Positions 29,557-41,667 of a stretch of DNA of 64,000 bases are shown here, one piece after another. The DNA comes from the human T2T-CHM13v2.0 reference genome, Homo sapiens: assembly GCF_009914755.1 (NCBI RefSeq), contig NC_060932.1; one strand, 5' to 3'. Within the stretch, counting starts at the first letter, position 1. The number at the start of each line of letters is the position of its first letter. A program made the position numbers and the translations under genes. A model generated the notes under the pieces. It worked only from the letters and a program-made list of their open reading frames with translations, made no database searches and was not told where the DNA came from.

Positions 29557-30390
29557 TGTGATATAATTAAAATATATAGTTGATCTTTGTCCCTGGTTTC
29601 TGGCATAGAGCTTCTAAATGCCTTGGAATTTCCTGAGTGTTAGGGATGAGAGGAGCATCTTTTGTTATTTATGGTAAGCCCCTTTCAACCATACCTGAGT
29701 TTATGCTAATAAGGTGAGTCTTGAAGGATGGGGGCTGGTTTGCCAGAGGAACCAACCAAGTGATTAGAGGATCGGAACTTTCAGCCCAAACTCTCAACCT
29801 CCAGGGAGGATAGAGGGGCTAGAGATTGACTCAGTCACCAAGGGTCAATGATTTACTCAACTGCCTATATAATGAGGCCTCCATGAAAACACTAAATGAT
29901 GGGGTTAAGACAGCATCCAGGTTTGTGAACACATGCAGGTTCTGGGAAAGTGGTATACCCGAAGAGGGCATGGAAGCTCCATGCACCACTGCCCTCAATA
30001 CCTTGTCTTGGGCATCTATTCCATTTGGCTGTTCCTGGGTTGTATCCTTTATAATAAACCAGTAATAGTAAGTAAAGTGTTTTCCTGAGTTCTGTGAATC
30101 ATTCTAGCAAATTATCAAACCTGAGGAGGGAGTGCGGGATCCTCCGGACAGGACAGAAGTTGTGGGAAACCTGAGGACACTCTACCAGCAATTGGCATCT
30201 GCAGTGGGCTAGGGGCAGACTTGTGGACGAAGCCTATAACCTGTGGAGTTTGCCTAAACTCCCAGTATTAAGGATCATAATTGAATTGTAGGACACTCAA
30301 TTGATATCCAGACTGTTGGAGAATTGCTTGATGTAAGGAAAAACCCCATACATTTGGTGTCATAAGTATTTTGTGGGTATAGAAAAAAAA
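29557..30390 (+). mobile_element. MER21-family solo LTR
   Basis: tctttgtccctggtttctggcatagagct...cttggaatttcctgagtg...cctgagtttatgctaat...aagtaaagtgttttcctgagttctgtga...acatttggtgtca. Confidence 0.8.
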
Positions 30391-30409
30391 GGGGGCATCT
30401 TTTATTTCC

Positions 30410-30760
30410 ATTTTTAAATAGATTTTAGTTTTTAGAGCAGGTTTAGGTTCACAGCAAAATGGAGTGAAAGATACAGAGATTTCCCATATACCCCCTGCAT
30501 CCACATATGCACATCCTGCCCCATTATTAACATCCCCATCAGAGAGTACTTTTGTCACAACTGATGAACTTACATTGACACATCATTATCTCCCCAAATC
30601 CAAAGTTTACATTAGAGCTTACTCTTCATGTTGTACACTCTATGGGTTTAGACAAATTTATAATAACATGTACCCATAATTAGAGTATCATAAAGAGTAA
30701 TTTCACTGCCCTAAGTTCCTCTGTGGTCCACCTGTGCATCCCTCCCCACCCCCAACCCCA
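30410..30760 (-). mobile_element. L1MC-like 3' end fragment
   Basis: tttttagagcaggtttaggttcacagcaaaat...agagatttcccatatacccc...acattgacacatcattatc...tctatgggtttagacaaat. Confidence 0.8.
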
Positions 30761-30999
30761 TTTTGTTTTTAAGTGTTTCTTTACTTCCCCAGTACACAGG
30801 CTCCAACGTCACCTTCACTAAAATGAGTTAAAATGAATCAATATAATTTTGTTGTTGTTATTTTTAATTTTATTTAGAAAGTGGGTATTGTTTTTGAAGA
30901 GATGCATCAGTAGAAGCCTCTCCTCGATATGCTGCATGCTCACTCATTGGGATAAATACCTGATTTCACATTATATGAATGTCCATTAAGAAGGGTGCA

Positions 31000-31200
31000 A
31001 GCTAACATCTGCAGAATTCCTACTTTGTACAAAGTACTGTTCTAAACATTCTATACTGTCACCTCCTTTAAAATTACCACCACTCATCGAGGCCCTGAAA
31101 AGTTCAGTAACTTGCCCATTATCACATCACTTGTAAAGGATGGATCAGGGATCACACCAGGACATCATAGCTTCAAGGTTTGTATTTCTCCATCATAATA
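31000..31200 (-). mobile_element. MIR fragment
   Basis: tactttgtacaaagtactgttctaaacatt...gttcagtaacttgcccattatcacatcacttgtaa. Confidence 0.55.
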
Positions 31201-31227
31201 TTTTGTACATACAACTGGTTGTACCAG

Positions 31228-32189
31228 TGATAGGGACAGGAGGCAGAGTAATTCTAGGCAGAAGAGGCAGGTCCCTGACAAAACCCCACCCTCAAGCCAA
31301 AGGCCTGAAACTGTGGCCCAAAATGAGAACCTACATCCTTGTTTTCCCATTCAAATGTTGCCTTTTCCTAAACCACCCATGGCCCACCCTGCCCTCCATC
31401 CTCTGCCTGTAAAGACCCCAGACTCAGCCAGCAGAGAGGAGAAGCGGTGGGATGTTGGGCTGGATATCAGAGAGAAGTGGCTTGACTTCAGAGGGACAGC
31501 TTGACAGTGTAACTTTGGAGAAGAATCTGGCCAAAGACAGTCAGACTTTGGGGAAAGATTATGTGTCTGCCCTGTCTCCTTTTCAACTCCCCTTCCCACT
31601 GAGAGCCACTTTCATCAGCAATAAAATCCCGTTCATTTACCATCCTTCAATTCATTCGTGCAACCTCATTTTTCCTGAACACTGGACAAGAGCTTGAGAG
31701 CCACAAGTGTGGATGCAAAAGGCTATCACACTGGCCCTTTGCCCTCGCTGATGGAGGGCAGCCACCTCATGCGAAAAGGCAGAGGACCCACTGAGCTGTT
31801 AACACTTAAGCTGTCCTTGGATGCCAGAGCTAAAAGAGCACTGTAACACACATTCTGGGGCTTCAGGGGTCAAAGGCAGCCCCCTTGAGGCTGCCATGGG
31901 GCCTGCATGGAGTTTGCTTCTGCTGGTGCGCAAAGCACTTGCCCTGGCTCCTGTAACCGCTCACCTGCATGCTGCCTCCTGTGAGGGGTGGAGTGCAGCG
32001 GGTCTGAGTGAGTGGAGGTAACTCCTGCCAGTGCAGAAGCAGCCAGCTGGTTCCAGCACTCGTGGACTCCAGTTCCTGCCTCTTTCTCTCACATGCTCTC
32101 TCCCACAAGGAGTTGAAAGCTGCGGGCTGGGTAAATGAGGCAACACTGCAGTGAGTCCCATGAATGGGACAGGAAAATGTCCTGCTTCA
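31228..32189 (+). mobile_element. ERV1 solo LTR of the LTR1/LTR28 group (about 960 bp)
   Basis: tgatagggacaggaggcagag...ccccaccctcaagcc...ccactgagctgttaacacttaagctgtc...tcctgcttca; TG...CA ends; 4-bp TSD ccag/gcag. Confidence 0.85.
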
Positions 32190-32342
32190 GCAGAAATAAG
32201 TGGAATGTTAGAAGGAGCATATTTTGAGGGTTTTACATGTTTTCCCACTCATCCTAAACTTGGTTACACCCATTTTAAATAGAAAAAAAACTGAACTTGA
32301 GAATGATTGAGTAACTTGCTTAAATCTTGTTTTTTTAATTTA

Positions 32343-32438
32343 TAGCAGCTCACTAATACTTCTTAGAGTATTTGTTTATTTATTAGTGAGCTCCATTAGC
32401 AGCTCACTAATACTTCTTAGAGTATTTGTTTGTTTATT
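32343..32438. repeat. 42-bp direct duplication separated by an inverted copy of its own 5' part
   Basis: tagcagctcactaatacttcttagagtatttgttt(a/g)tttatt at 32343 and 32397. tattagtgagct (32381-32392) is the reverse complement of agctcactaata. Confidence 0.9.
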
Positions 32439-33015
32439 TGGAGAGAATACAATATTAAAATCTATATTCAATTTTATCTTTTCAACTTCATCTTTATATA
32501 AAGACATTAAGAAACTAGTATTGTTGCCAAACAACAGGGGTTTGGTCAAGGTCCAGTTGCTTGCTGTGAAGAAAGCCAGTCATTGAGACGACAAATATTG
32601 CCAGGGAAGAAGGCTTTAAGGTGGGTGGTATCAGCCAGGAGATGGGAGATAAGTCTCAAATCTGTCCCCCTAACCCACTAAAAATAGGGATTTATGTAGT
32701 GGGTAAGGAATGTAGCTACATAAGGGAAAACAGGAATTAGGGAGGAGTAAGGAAAAGGAATTGGTTAACAGGAAGCAGATCGTTGGTTAGGCAATCATAG
32801 GGGATGAGGGGTTTAGTGTCTCACTGTCTAGATGCTATTATCTGGTGAGTTTCAGGTCCTTGATACTATCTGGGAGCCCTGAAGGTTAGTTTCCTGACAA
32901 AGGAACTCAGATAAGACACATGTAAGTTTCAAGCTTTATGATGGGGAGAGTCAATTTCTATATTTATTCAAAAAATCTTGAACATTAGTTCTATTGGAAA
33001 ATTGGGCTGGTTTTA

Positions 33016-33028
33016 GTCCCCCCTTTCT
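33016..33028 (-). other. retroviral polypurine tract
   Basis: Minus strand reads agaaaggggggac immediately before the 3' LTR. Confidence 0.8.
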
Positions 33029-33394
33029 ATTATTGGTTCATCAATCATGAGGAATCTTGGTGTTGATCTTTTGACTGCTTAATGCTGAGAAAGGGAGTGT
33101 TGGGATAATGAGGAATGAAAACGCTATGTCTGTAATTGAAGTACTCATGAGTACCTGGTCAGCATTGGGCTTGTTGGAGCACTGTGATCTGGGTACTCTC
33201 ATTAACAGTTTTAGAACAACATTTTAAGCCACATTTAAATATAAGACTAAGCATGATGTGTAAAACCAAGATAATTAATAACGTAGATGACCCAACTTTA
33301 AAAATACCAGGGAATCCTGAAAACCTGTCCCCTAATCCAGGTCTGTTCTCCTTTACATGTTATAACTGGGAGACTTCAATATGTACTCCTACTT

Positions 33395-33520
33395 CAACTG
33401 ATGTATTAATGTAGGTACAGCAAGATGAATTGGCAATTACATATACCCCTGCCTTGTTCAGTGAGCAAATACTCCAAAGCTATGTGGTTATCTAAAACTA
33501 CTCTAGCCAAGGAGTCTAGA
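33395..33520 (-). pseudogene. env TM remnant: immunosuppressive domain and CX6CC region, frameshifted
   Basis: Minus strand translates LDSLARVVLDNHIALEYLLTEQG..., then after a frameshift VIANSSCCTYINTS. This is the gamma-type ISD followed by the C-x6-CC region. Confidence 0.85.
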
Positions 33521-34544
33521 GACTTTTTTTGGGCAACAATAGCAGTCACTGTTTCACTTGCTATAATCCACAGGGTAATGGAGAGCTTTCTAAGTACATG
33601 TTAATGAGCTGCTACTCCCCACCATGGGAGTGTAACCAAAAAATATCTGGTTCTGTCAAGAATGCTCCCAGGCAAATACTCCTTGGGGACACCCTAATTG
33701 GGATCTCTCTCCAAGAGTCCTCTAGTTACCCTGGAGAATAATTTCAAAGAACTAGTCCAATGTCTGACCAAGCTCTCATTATCTACTGTAAAAGGGGTGA
33801 CAGAGTATCCTAATAGACAGTGCCCTTTGTCTCCTTTCCTAGGCATCTATATGCCCAAGGCCTATTCTCTTGTTTGCAAACAAACATGTAGCCCTCAGGA
33901 GCACAGGTCACTGTATCTTGGGCAGAAGCAGTCATTCAGGCTATCTTTTCTAACCAGAGATCAGTTAGATTATTACCAAATCCAGACAAAGCCAAGCCTG
34001 CTCAAAAGTCTTCCTGATTCCTTATATCCTGATCAAATGGAGTTCTGTCTGGGTCACCATCAAAGAAAAAAAGTGCTTGACTTTTTATTTATTTATTTTA
34101 GGAAGAGTAAGGAATAGCCTTTCTGGGATGACAAATAGAAACAGGAGGTCTTCCTGGTCCCTAAAAGGGTCCATGTAAGGCATACTCATTACACTATTCT
34201 TTTAGGAGTCTTTGGATGTTCAAATGTGCAGATAGAGATATGCAAAAAGGCATGAACTGGTTGGATTAAGGAGTCATTATGGTCCAGAACAGATTGGAAC
34301 TTTGGGTCACATATCCAACAGTGGGATAAGGTTGCTTATGAAGCAATAGCTTGTGAAATATGAATTAGTGAATTATCCTTCCATCTATAATCAGGAAGGA
34401 TCTAGAGAACAATAACAGCCTGGAAAGCACATGTTCCTTTATGATTTCTTATGTAAGGTCTTTGGCTGGACTTTGAATATTAATTTAAAGTTGTAGGAGG
34501 GCTCACAATACCATGACTGTTTCCTCTGGAGGGATATTTGAGGG

Positions 34545-34700
34545 ACTAGTTTTACCCAATTTTGGTGAATCCATGGCTTAACTTGTCTGATGAGTGGGTG
34601 GTCAGTTGTGGTCACAGTTGGTCTTCAGCCTGGTGGGATTTCCAGGTTTTCAGCAGGACTTGGTCCCTCAGTTTCAAATAGTAGAAAGGCACATTGGTAG
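34545..34700 (-). pseudogene. pol integrase C-terminal remnant
   Basis: LRDQVLLKTWKSHQAEDQL (ORF 34612-34848), followed by VKPWIH; resembles the ERV1 integrase C-terminal domain. Confidence 0.75.
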
Positions 34701-35910
34701 GGACCTGGAGCCTATTGGAAGCAAACTTAGATGGACTACTTAATATATTTTCTATTTGTTTTATATATGTTTGGGGGTAGGTAAAATCTTCAAGTGATAG
34801 GGAGTCCGGGGGGTAAGAGAAATGGTTCCTGTTACTTAGGATGCACATTCTCCTGACCTTACTCCAAGCATAATAGAAACACAGTTACCACCCCTAGACT
34901 GCAGAGCTTGAGGAATCTTCTGGAATTAAATACAAAGTAAACATTTGGCAAAATCTAGACTAGTTTTGGAGACTCTGTTCAAGGTAACAGTTTCAGTCAC
35001 TTGTTAACACATTTTCAAATTTTTTAAAGGGAGGAGGAATAACTGGTTTCCAATCTACTGACTTCATTGCCATAGTAACAAATGTATTGTTCATATAGGT
35101 ACCAGAATGCATAGAAGAATTTTTCTTTTTTTAAAAAAAAGTGTATTTAATTTCTAAAAACTAAGTCTGAGTCTGAGAAATGATATCCCAAAGTCTAATC
35201 CAATCACCCTCAAAGCACCCCAGAGCTAGAAAGGATTTCAAAGGAGGATTAAAAACAAGATCAGCTTTAACATTAGGCAAAGATCCATGGGCAACCTTCT
35301 TTAAACAATAACAAAAAGAGCTTACTAAAGTTGATACTTAAATATCTGAAGTAATGGAATAGTTTATATAGTTCAATAGTAATGGAACAGAAATTGAATA
35401 ATCTAAACATTTTAAATCCACTCATGATTTTTATTTGGAACGTGTTTTGGTCTGATCAATGCACATGAGTGTGTTATTGTGGAAATTCCTTTGAAAACAA
35501 AACTTTAAAAGAACTACAGGTCTATCCAGCATCCCTAAGTCTGCCAGTATCCTTACCTCTAGCCTATACTTTGACCCAGAGTGCTGACAAAGTGCAGCAC
35601 TTGCTACCATGCACGTATCAAGGTAGCTTAGTAAAACTGCCTCCTAAAGATGATCACCTCCCTTGTAAGATGACCGATTTCCTCTGAACTAAGTAACGCG
35701 GCAACTTTTAGAATGAACAAAAGACTTAATGAAACAGAAAGTTGTCTAATCTCTAAAGGTCTTAAAAGTAGGACTTGCCATGACTAATTAAGTGCTGACA
35801 ACAGAAGAAATTCCAACTCCAACAAAAGGAATGATACACTATTGTGAAAGCATTCCCTAGGGTAAGCACAAAATAAACTTTTTATCAGAAAATATTTCAT
35901 AAATTTTTAC

Positions 35911-36019
35911 TTTTTTTTCAGAGCAGGAGTGGAGGTTTATTTAAAAAGGCTTTAGAACAGGAAAGAAAGGAAGGTATACCTGGAAGAGACCCAAGGAGGT
36001 GACTTGAAGAACAAGTGCC
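35911..36019 (-). mobile_element. about 110-bp MER61/MER51-like LTR fragment ending in AATAAA and poly(A)
   Basis: Minus strand: gcacttgttcttcaagtcacctccttgggtctcttccagg...tttttaAATAAAcctccactcctgctctg-AAAAAAAA. Confidence 0.65.
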
Positions 36020-37489
36020 TAAATTTCTATGTTTTTACTGTATGTTTGGGTAACATAAGGCATCTAAGAGGATTAAATAAATATTACTCCTATTTGGCAC
36101 ATGGATGCAAAGAATATTATGATACTATATATAATTATCTATCCCACTCCTACAGAAAACAATGTTCAGACACAGTGCGAAACAGCCAAGTTATATTTTA
36201 AGAACTAAAACAGATGCCACTTCTAATTCAAAACTAAGAAGAAAAACTGTATATTGTGGAACAAAGGATTTTCCCTTGTGAAATTAATTTTAGTGGCTAA
36301 CCTCTCAAAAATTTGTAAATGTATGACTTTGTAAAATGCTTTACTCAATATACTTAACTAGTATATATATGCTTTTTCATGTGAAACACAGGAACATAAT
36401 TTCTATCAGCAATGTTAAAAATGTAATTAAAGAAAAAGAAATCAAATTTAACATAAAAGATAGGCAATAGAGAAATGTCATTTTAACCTTCATACCAAGC
36501 TACAATTCTTCCTTGGTCAACCTCTCCTATATTATACCAGATATTCAATTTATTTTCAATCTTTCATGAAATTGGACCTCTTACTCATTTAAAGAGCAGG
36601 AGAATTTACAATAATTAGTGAAAATTATTCAATTCTCATACATTAGTTATTTGCATTTGTGGATATAAAGTGGTGACTCAGTACTTTATCAAAATATAGG
36701 TTTATGAAAATATTGGGAATATAAGATTGAAATTTAACAATTACATTTTTAAAACTAAACTAAGAATTTTTATTTTAAGCATGAAGCATAATTGTTATAG
36801 AACGTCTTCTGAAACATCACTTGATTTTCAATAAAAACAGCTTCACACAATGCAGAAACTATAATGTATCATCCTGCAACAATATATTTACTTGTCAATC
36901 CTAATCTAAAATGTACTTAAACAACAATGAAAATCTCCTTTAATAAATCCATAAAGTCTTATTTTTAACCACTACTGCTCTGTAGCAATAATTGAAGTCC
37001 CAATATGAGCACTGAGAATGTGATAATAAAATATCAAAGGCTGTATCAATCTTTAAATAAAGACACTGAAGCCTGTTGCCAACTGGCATCAGGTGTAGTA
37101 AGTACATCAGAGAAATGTGAGTAATCCAAGGAAGTCCCCTGAAATCAGCAGTACCATCTGCCACAATTTAAAACATTAAGTGTAAAACTCTGTTCTAATT
37201 ATTTTATAGAAGTTCTATTTCACACTTAATATTGTTAACATATTTGCAAACTTATAAAATTCTCTATATAAAGGGTTTTGAACTTCTTCAGCTAAACACT
37301 TCCTCATTGCCAGAAAAACATTTCTAATGAAAGAAAGAGAGTATATCCATGAATATCTGAGACTGAAGAATAAATTACTTCTTATGGTCATAGCCAATTA
37401 CAATACAAGAAAAAAAAATTCACAATTTGAAGAAAAAAAAAAAACAGCAAATGTAATTCCTCAGAAAGACCCCTGGAAGGGCCAAACTT

Positions 37490-37615
37490 CTCTAGATTCC
37501 GAAGAATATTGGGGCCAAACAGCATTACAAAAGAATATCATTTTCTTTTCATTCCATTGGCTCGTAACTATATTCAGACCAGTTTTGAAGAATGCACCCA
37601 AGTGGAGGCATTCCT
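37490..37615 (-). pseudogene. gag matrix N-terminal remnant
   Basis: PPLGCILQNWSEYSYEPME, then disrupted KKMIFFCNAVWPQY; matches the class I ERV MA pattern PLxCILxNW...IFFCNxxWPQY. Confidence 0.75.
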
Positions 37616-38052
37616 AGATCAAATCCTGTGTTCCCTTGATCACATTGACACACACACACATAAGCAAATAAACAATTATCAAAATACAATCTAACTGCAG
37701 CAGTGACTAACAAGCCACGAGAGTTCAAACTCAAACAGTTGGGGTGTTTTTTACTCTCATGCCAGTCAATTGGGCTTTTCCAACCTGCAAAAAATGGAAA
37801 TTCCTTTGGAATTCCCCAAATTGAGGAGTAGCTCCCACTGTCTAGTACCCATAAAAGACACTCACCTTGATGGATACAGATGTCAAATTTCAAAGCCTGT
37901 CCTTCATAAGTAATCAAGAATATGGTTGGGGCCAGCAGCAGTGAGGGAAGAGAGAGAAACAAAAACCCGCCTCTGGATGAATATAGCTGGGCAGCTGCTG
38001 GGAGGGTTTCCAGATCTCTCTAGCCTGTGGCCACTGAGCCACAAGCACTGCA

Positions 38053-38070
38053 ATCCAAGTCACAGCACCA
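38053..38070 (-). other. primer-binding site complementary to tRNA-His
   Basis: Minus strand TGGTGCTGTGACTTGGAT versus the tRNA-His PBS TGGTGCCGTGACTCGGAT: 16/18, and both differences are CpG>TpG. Lies next to the 5' LTR. Confidence 0.85.
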
Positions 38071-38898
38071 GAATTTTATTGCTGAATGCCTGGGTGTTGG
38101 CCAAGCTGTGGTTTCTCACTGTATCGAAAGCTATCCATTGAAACAACGAGTATTGCTAGGGAAGAAGGTTTTAATGTGGATGATGTCAGCCAGGAGATGG
38201 GAGATAAGTCTCAAATCCACCTGACTAAAATTAGAGTTTTGTAGAGTGGGGAAAGAATGTAACTATGTGTGCCAAAACAGGAATTAGGGAGGGATAAGGA
38301 AGAGGAGTAGGTCAACAAGAAGCAAGTGGTTGGTTAGTCAGTTATGATGGTTGAGGGGTCTGCTGTCTCACCATCTGGATGCAGGGATCTGGTGAATTTC
38401 AGTTCCTTGATGCTATCTGAGAGGACTGATAGTTGGTTTTCTGACAAAGGAACTCAGGTAAGACAAATGTAAGTTTCAAGCTTTATTATTGGGAGGGCCA
38501 ATTTCTATATTTATCCAAAAAATCGTAAACATTAGTTGTGTGGGAAAATTGAGCTGGTTTCAGCACTATTCAGCCAATTGAAACAGAGCTCACCATTTTT
38601 TCTAATGTAATAAATATATATTTAATATATCTTTTTTTACTTTTTCAAATTTACAGTAATCCTAAAATAAAGATAGTATTATCAGAAGCTGAGAAAAACA
38701 TAGTTACACATAGATTATTGCTGCACCAAAATGTTTACAGGGAAATATTCTCTCCTGAAGCCAAACTCCCACAGCAACTTTACAAGTGAGCCTCAGAGCA
38801 AGGAAATAACTTGGTTAAGACCATGCAGCTAGAGGACAAGAGTTGGGATTCAAACCTGATAAATCTGACTTTGAAAATTTCACTACCGGCCACCCACC

Positions 38899-39109
38899 AA
38901 TTGTTCTCAACTTTTCGTGCAAGTTAAAATAATCTGGGACCTTAAAAAATATCACTAGGCCAAGGCTGTACCCAGAAACAATTAAATGAGAATTCTCAGG
39001 AGGGTCATGGCCCTGGCATCAGTGTTTTTCTGTTTCTTTTTTTTCTTTTTTTTTTTTTTTTTTAACGTTCTAGGTGATTCTAATGGGCAGCCAGTTTTGA
39101 GGATCACTG
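38899..39109. mobile_element. MER5-like hAT MITE with internal T-tract
   Basis: ttgttctcaac...attaaatgagaattctcagg...ggcatcagtgtttt...ggtgattctaatgggcagccagttttgaggatcactg. Confidence 0.75.
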
Positions 39110-40434
39110 CACAATGACTCATCGCTATTCCTGGTACACTCCTAACTCCTAGAAGGCAACTGTATTTAAGAAGTATTTATAGAGCTCTAAAAATGATGCC
39201 AATACATTTAAAAACTTATTATCCATGTCTTCAAGAACTTACTAAACTAGTATGAAGATAACAGATGTATTTATCAGCTAAATAACAATACAAGGTTGTG
39301 CTGTGTTGGTTGATTTGGAGACAAATGCTGTAGAACCTGAGGGTTTCAAGGATAGATTTAGGACATCCTCAGATCACCAAGCTAGTTTTTCTGCATAAGT
39401 ATATATTCAGTTCCAAGACTGATTGATGGATAGATGAATAAAAAGATTATTCATAGCTTTTGTCAGATTCTCAGTATCAACATTGATGCAGAAAAGGCTA
39501 AGAATTACTGCTGAGGGTTCAGAAGAGGGAAAGCTGCAAATGATGCAGTGGTCAGAGAGATAATTGCAAAGAAGATAGAACACATGCAGGGCATTGAAGG
39601 AACCCAATATGATGATATGAGAGGAAGGAAGGAAGATCCAGAGTGGAGCAGGAACAAAGCTATGAAGGCAAAAATATTCCCCCTAGTTTTAGGGTATTGT
39701 GAGGGAAGGTTAGCCTTGAGGCTCCTTGGGAAATTCGTAAGTTAAATGTCAGGGGTGATATTTTCTTCCTTCTAGATCTCTCACTAATTAATAGATTGCT
39801 TTTATAAGACTGTGAGTGAAAGGCTCAGTGCTCTAAGTAGATGCTCTAAGAAGACAGAAGACACTTTTGCAGATTGCTTTATTTTCTATTCAATATAACA
39901 TTCGGTAACAGTCAAGTATCACCTCCAGTGGCTCCTCTGATTTCTGTGATGAGGCCTTTATTACAATTGTTTCCATGTCCAAGGAGAATTAAAGGCATCC
40001 TCTACAATGTCTCCCTTGTCCATCTTAGGAGGGCCAGCCAAGGAGAGGTTGACCCACAGGCAAGCTCTGTAAATAGGGACTTCTGTCTCTCAAGGTAACC
40101 TGATGTGACTGGCAGGGATGACACATAATTCCACATTTCCCTTCCTCTTTTGAGCTTCTTTCAAAGAAGCATGCATGGAAAATTTCCCTGACATAGGGCA
40201 AGATATAAATATTAAAGAGCATCTCATGCATTTATTATCTTTACCTTGTCATATATATAAATTATCACGAGAAATGGAATAGGCTAGGCTTTGCAACACC
40301 GTCCTCTCCTGATGAAAAGTAATCAATTCCATATGGTTAAGAGTAAAGGAAATGCTGTCACATGGCAAATGACCAGGAGTCTCTTACCCCTTTGGTCTGC
40401 TGAAGCATAATTATCTAAGTGTCTCTTGGAATAA

Positions 40435-40655
40435 GAGCTACCACTTTAGTGGATACTAATTATGTATTAAGCACTGGGCTAAAGACATTGAATATATTAG
40501 GTTATTCGATCTTCACAAACAATGTTGTGAAAAAAATATTATTAACCTTAATTTCTACTTGAGGGAATTCTGGCTTAGAAATGTAAGTAACCTGCCTAAG
40601 ATCACACATCTGGTAAATGGGAGAGCCAGGGCAAACCCAGATCTCTTGATTCTCT
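40435..40655 (-). mobile_element. MIR SINE
   Basis: agcactgggctaaa...tgagggaattctggcttagaaatgtaagtaacctgcctaagatcacacatctggtaaatgg. Confidence 0.75.
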
Positions 40656-40904
40656 GCCGCTACAGGATACAGCCTTCTGGTACAGATTTAAGTCCAAGTT
40701 TGAAACATGATAGTAATACCTTGAGAATAAGATGTCATCTAATAGCGATGAATGGAGGATGTATTGGAGAGGGAATTGCCTGGGCTTAGGAGGAATAGTT
40801 AGGAACACACTAATACAGTACTCTTTTCCGTATCAGATACTTTTCAATTAGTTTGGAAGTGACCTGTTTTAACAGTTATATTCATTCAATAGAGATTCTA
40901 TAAA

Positions 40905-41225
40905 TTATGGTAGAAAACAATGTAGCTATTAAAAACAATGAAGCAATACTCTATATGGATAAAGACAGATGTCTGAGATATGTTTTCAAGTAAATCAAAC
41001 AAAATATAGAATATCCTGTACAGTTTTCTACTTTCTGATGAAACGGATATATGCATAAATTCGTTAGGAAATATAAAAATATTCATGGAAAGACACACAT
41101 GAAACTGGAAATAATAGCTGTCCTTGTGTGGCTAGGTAATGAAGTGGGAGGGAAACAGAAGTTTCATTGGAGATACCTTTTTACCTTTTGGATGTTGGGC
41201 AGTGAGCATGTATTACCCATTTAAA
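40905..41225 (+). mobile_element. L1ME-like 3' end remnant
   Basis: tagctattaaaaacaatga...catggaaagacacacatgaaactggaaataatagctgtcc...catgtattaccc. Confidence 0.6.
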
Positions 41226-41615
41226 CACAGAGGTATTCTACCTGTATGATGACACAGATGGAGTTCTCAATGGCAAGGTTGATATTTGAAATAAACTTGC
41301 AAATTTTAGTTTTAGAAACCTTAGTAAAATGAGGTATTTTATGAAGCAAACCAATGACATAAGTTCATTTATTGGTCCTGAAGGGACATATGCAGGCTAT
41401 TGAAGGAATATATTGTTCAGCATATGTACACAGACTTTTGTACTTGTTTATGTTTGAATTAATATGTTTTTTCTTTGAGACTGAATTTTTAAAATATAAG
41501 ATCACTAACAAGCCATATTTTGAGGGGATAAATTAATAAGTAGATTGGAAGAAATTCTATTGAATGTTGGAAATATAAAGTATATGAAAAGTCTAAAATG
41601 TTTTTACAAAGTATT

Positions 41616-41667
41616 TCCCTTATTTTCCCATCTCCAACTCATCCCTTATTTTCCCATCTCCAACTCA
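41616..41667 (+). repeat. perfect 26-bp tandem duplication
   Basis: tcccttattttcccatctccaactca, two exact copies. Confidence 0.95.

Larger units (their letters stand above)
32522..38562 (-). mobile_element. MER31-like ERV1 provirus with both LTRs (3' LTR 32522-33015; 5' LTR 38077-38562)
   Basis: Two homologous LTRs of about 490 bp share gccaggagatgggagataagtctcaaatc, ctgacaaaggaactcag and tgtaagtttcaagcttta. PPT, PBS and gag/integrase/env remnants lie in the expected order on the minus strand. Confidence 0.9.
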
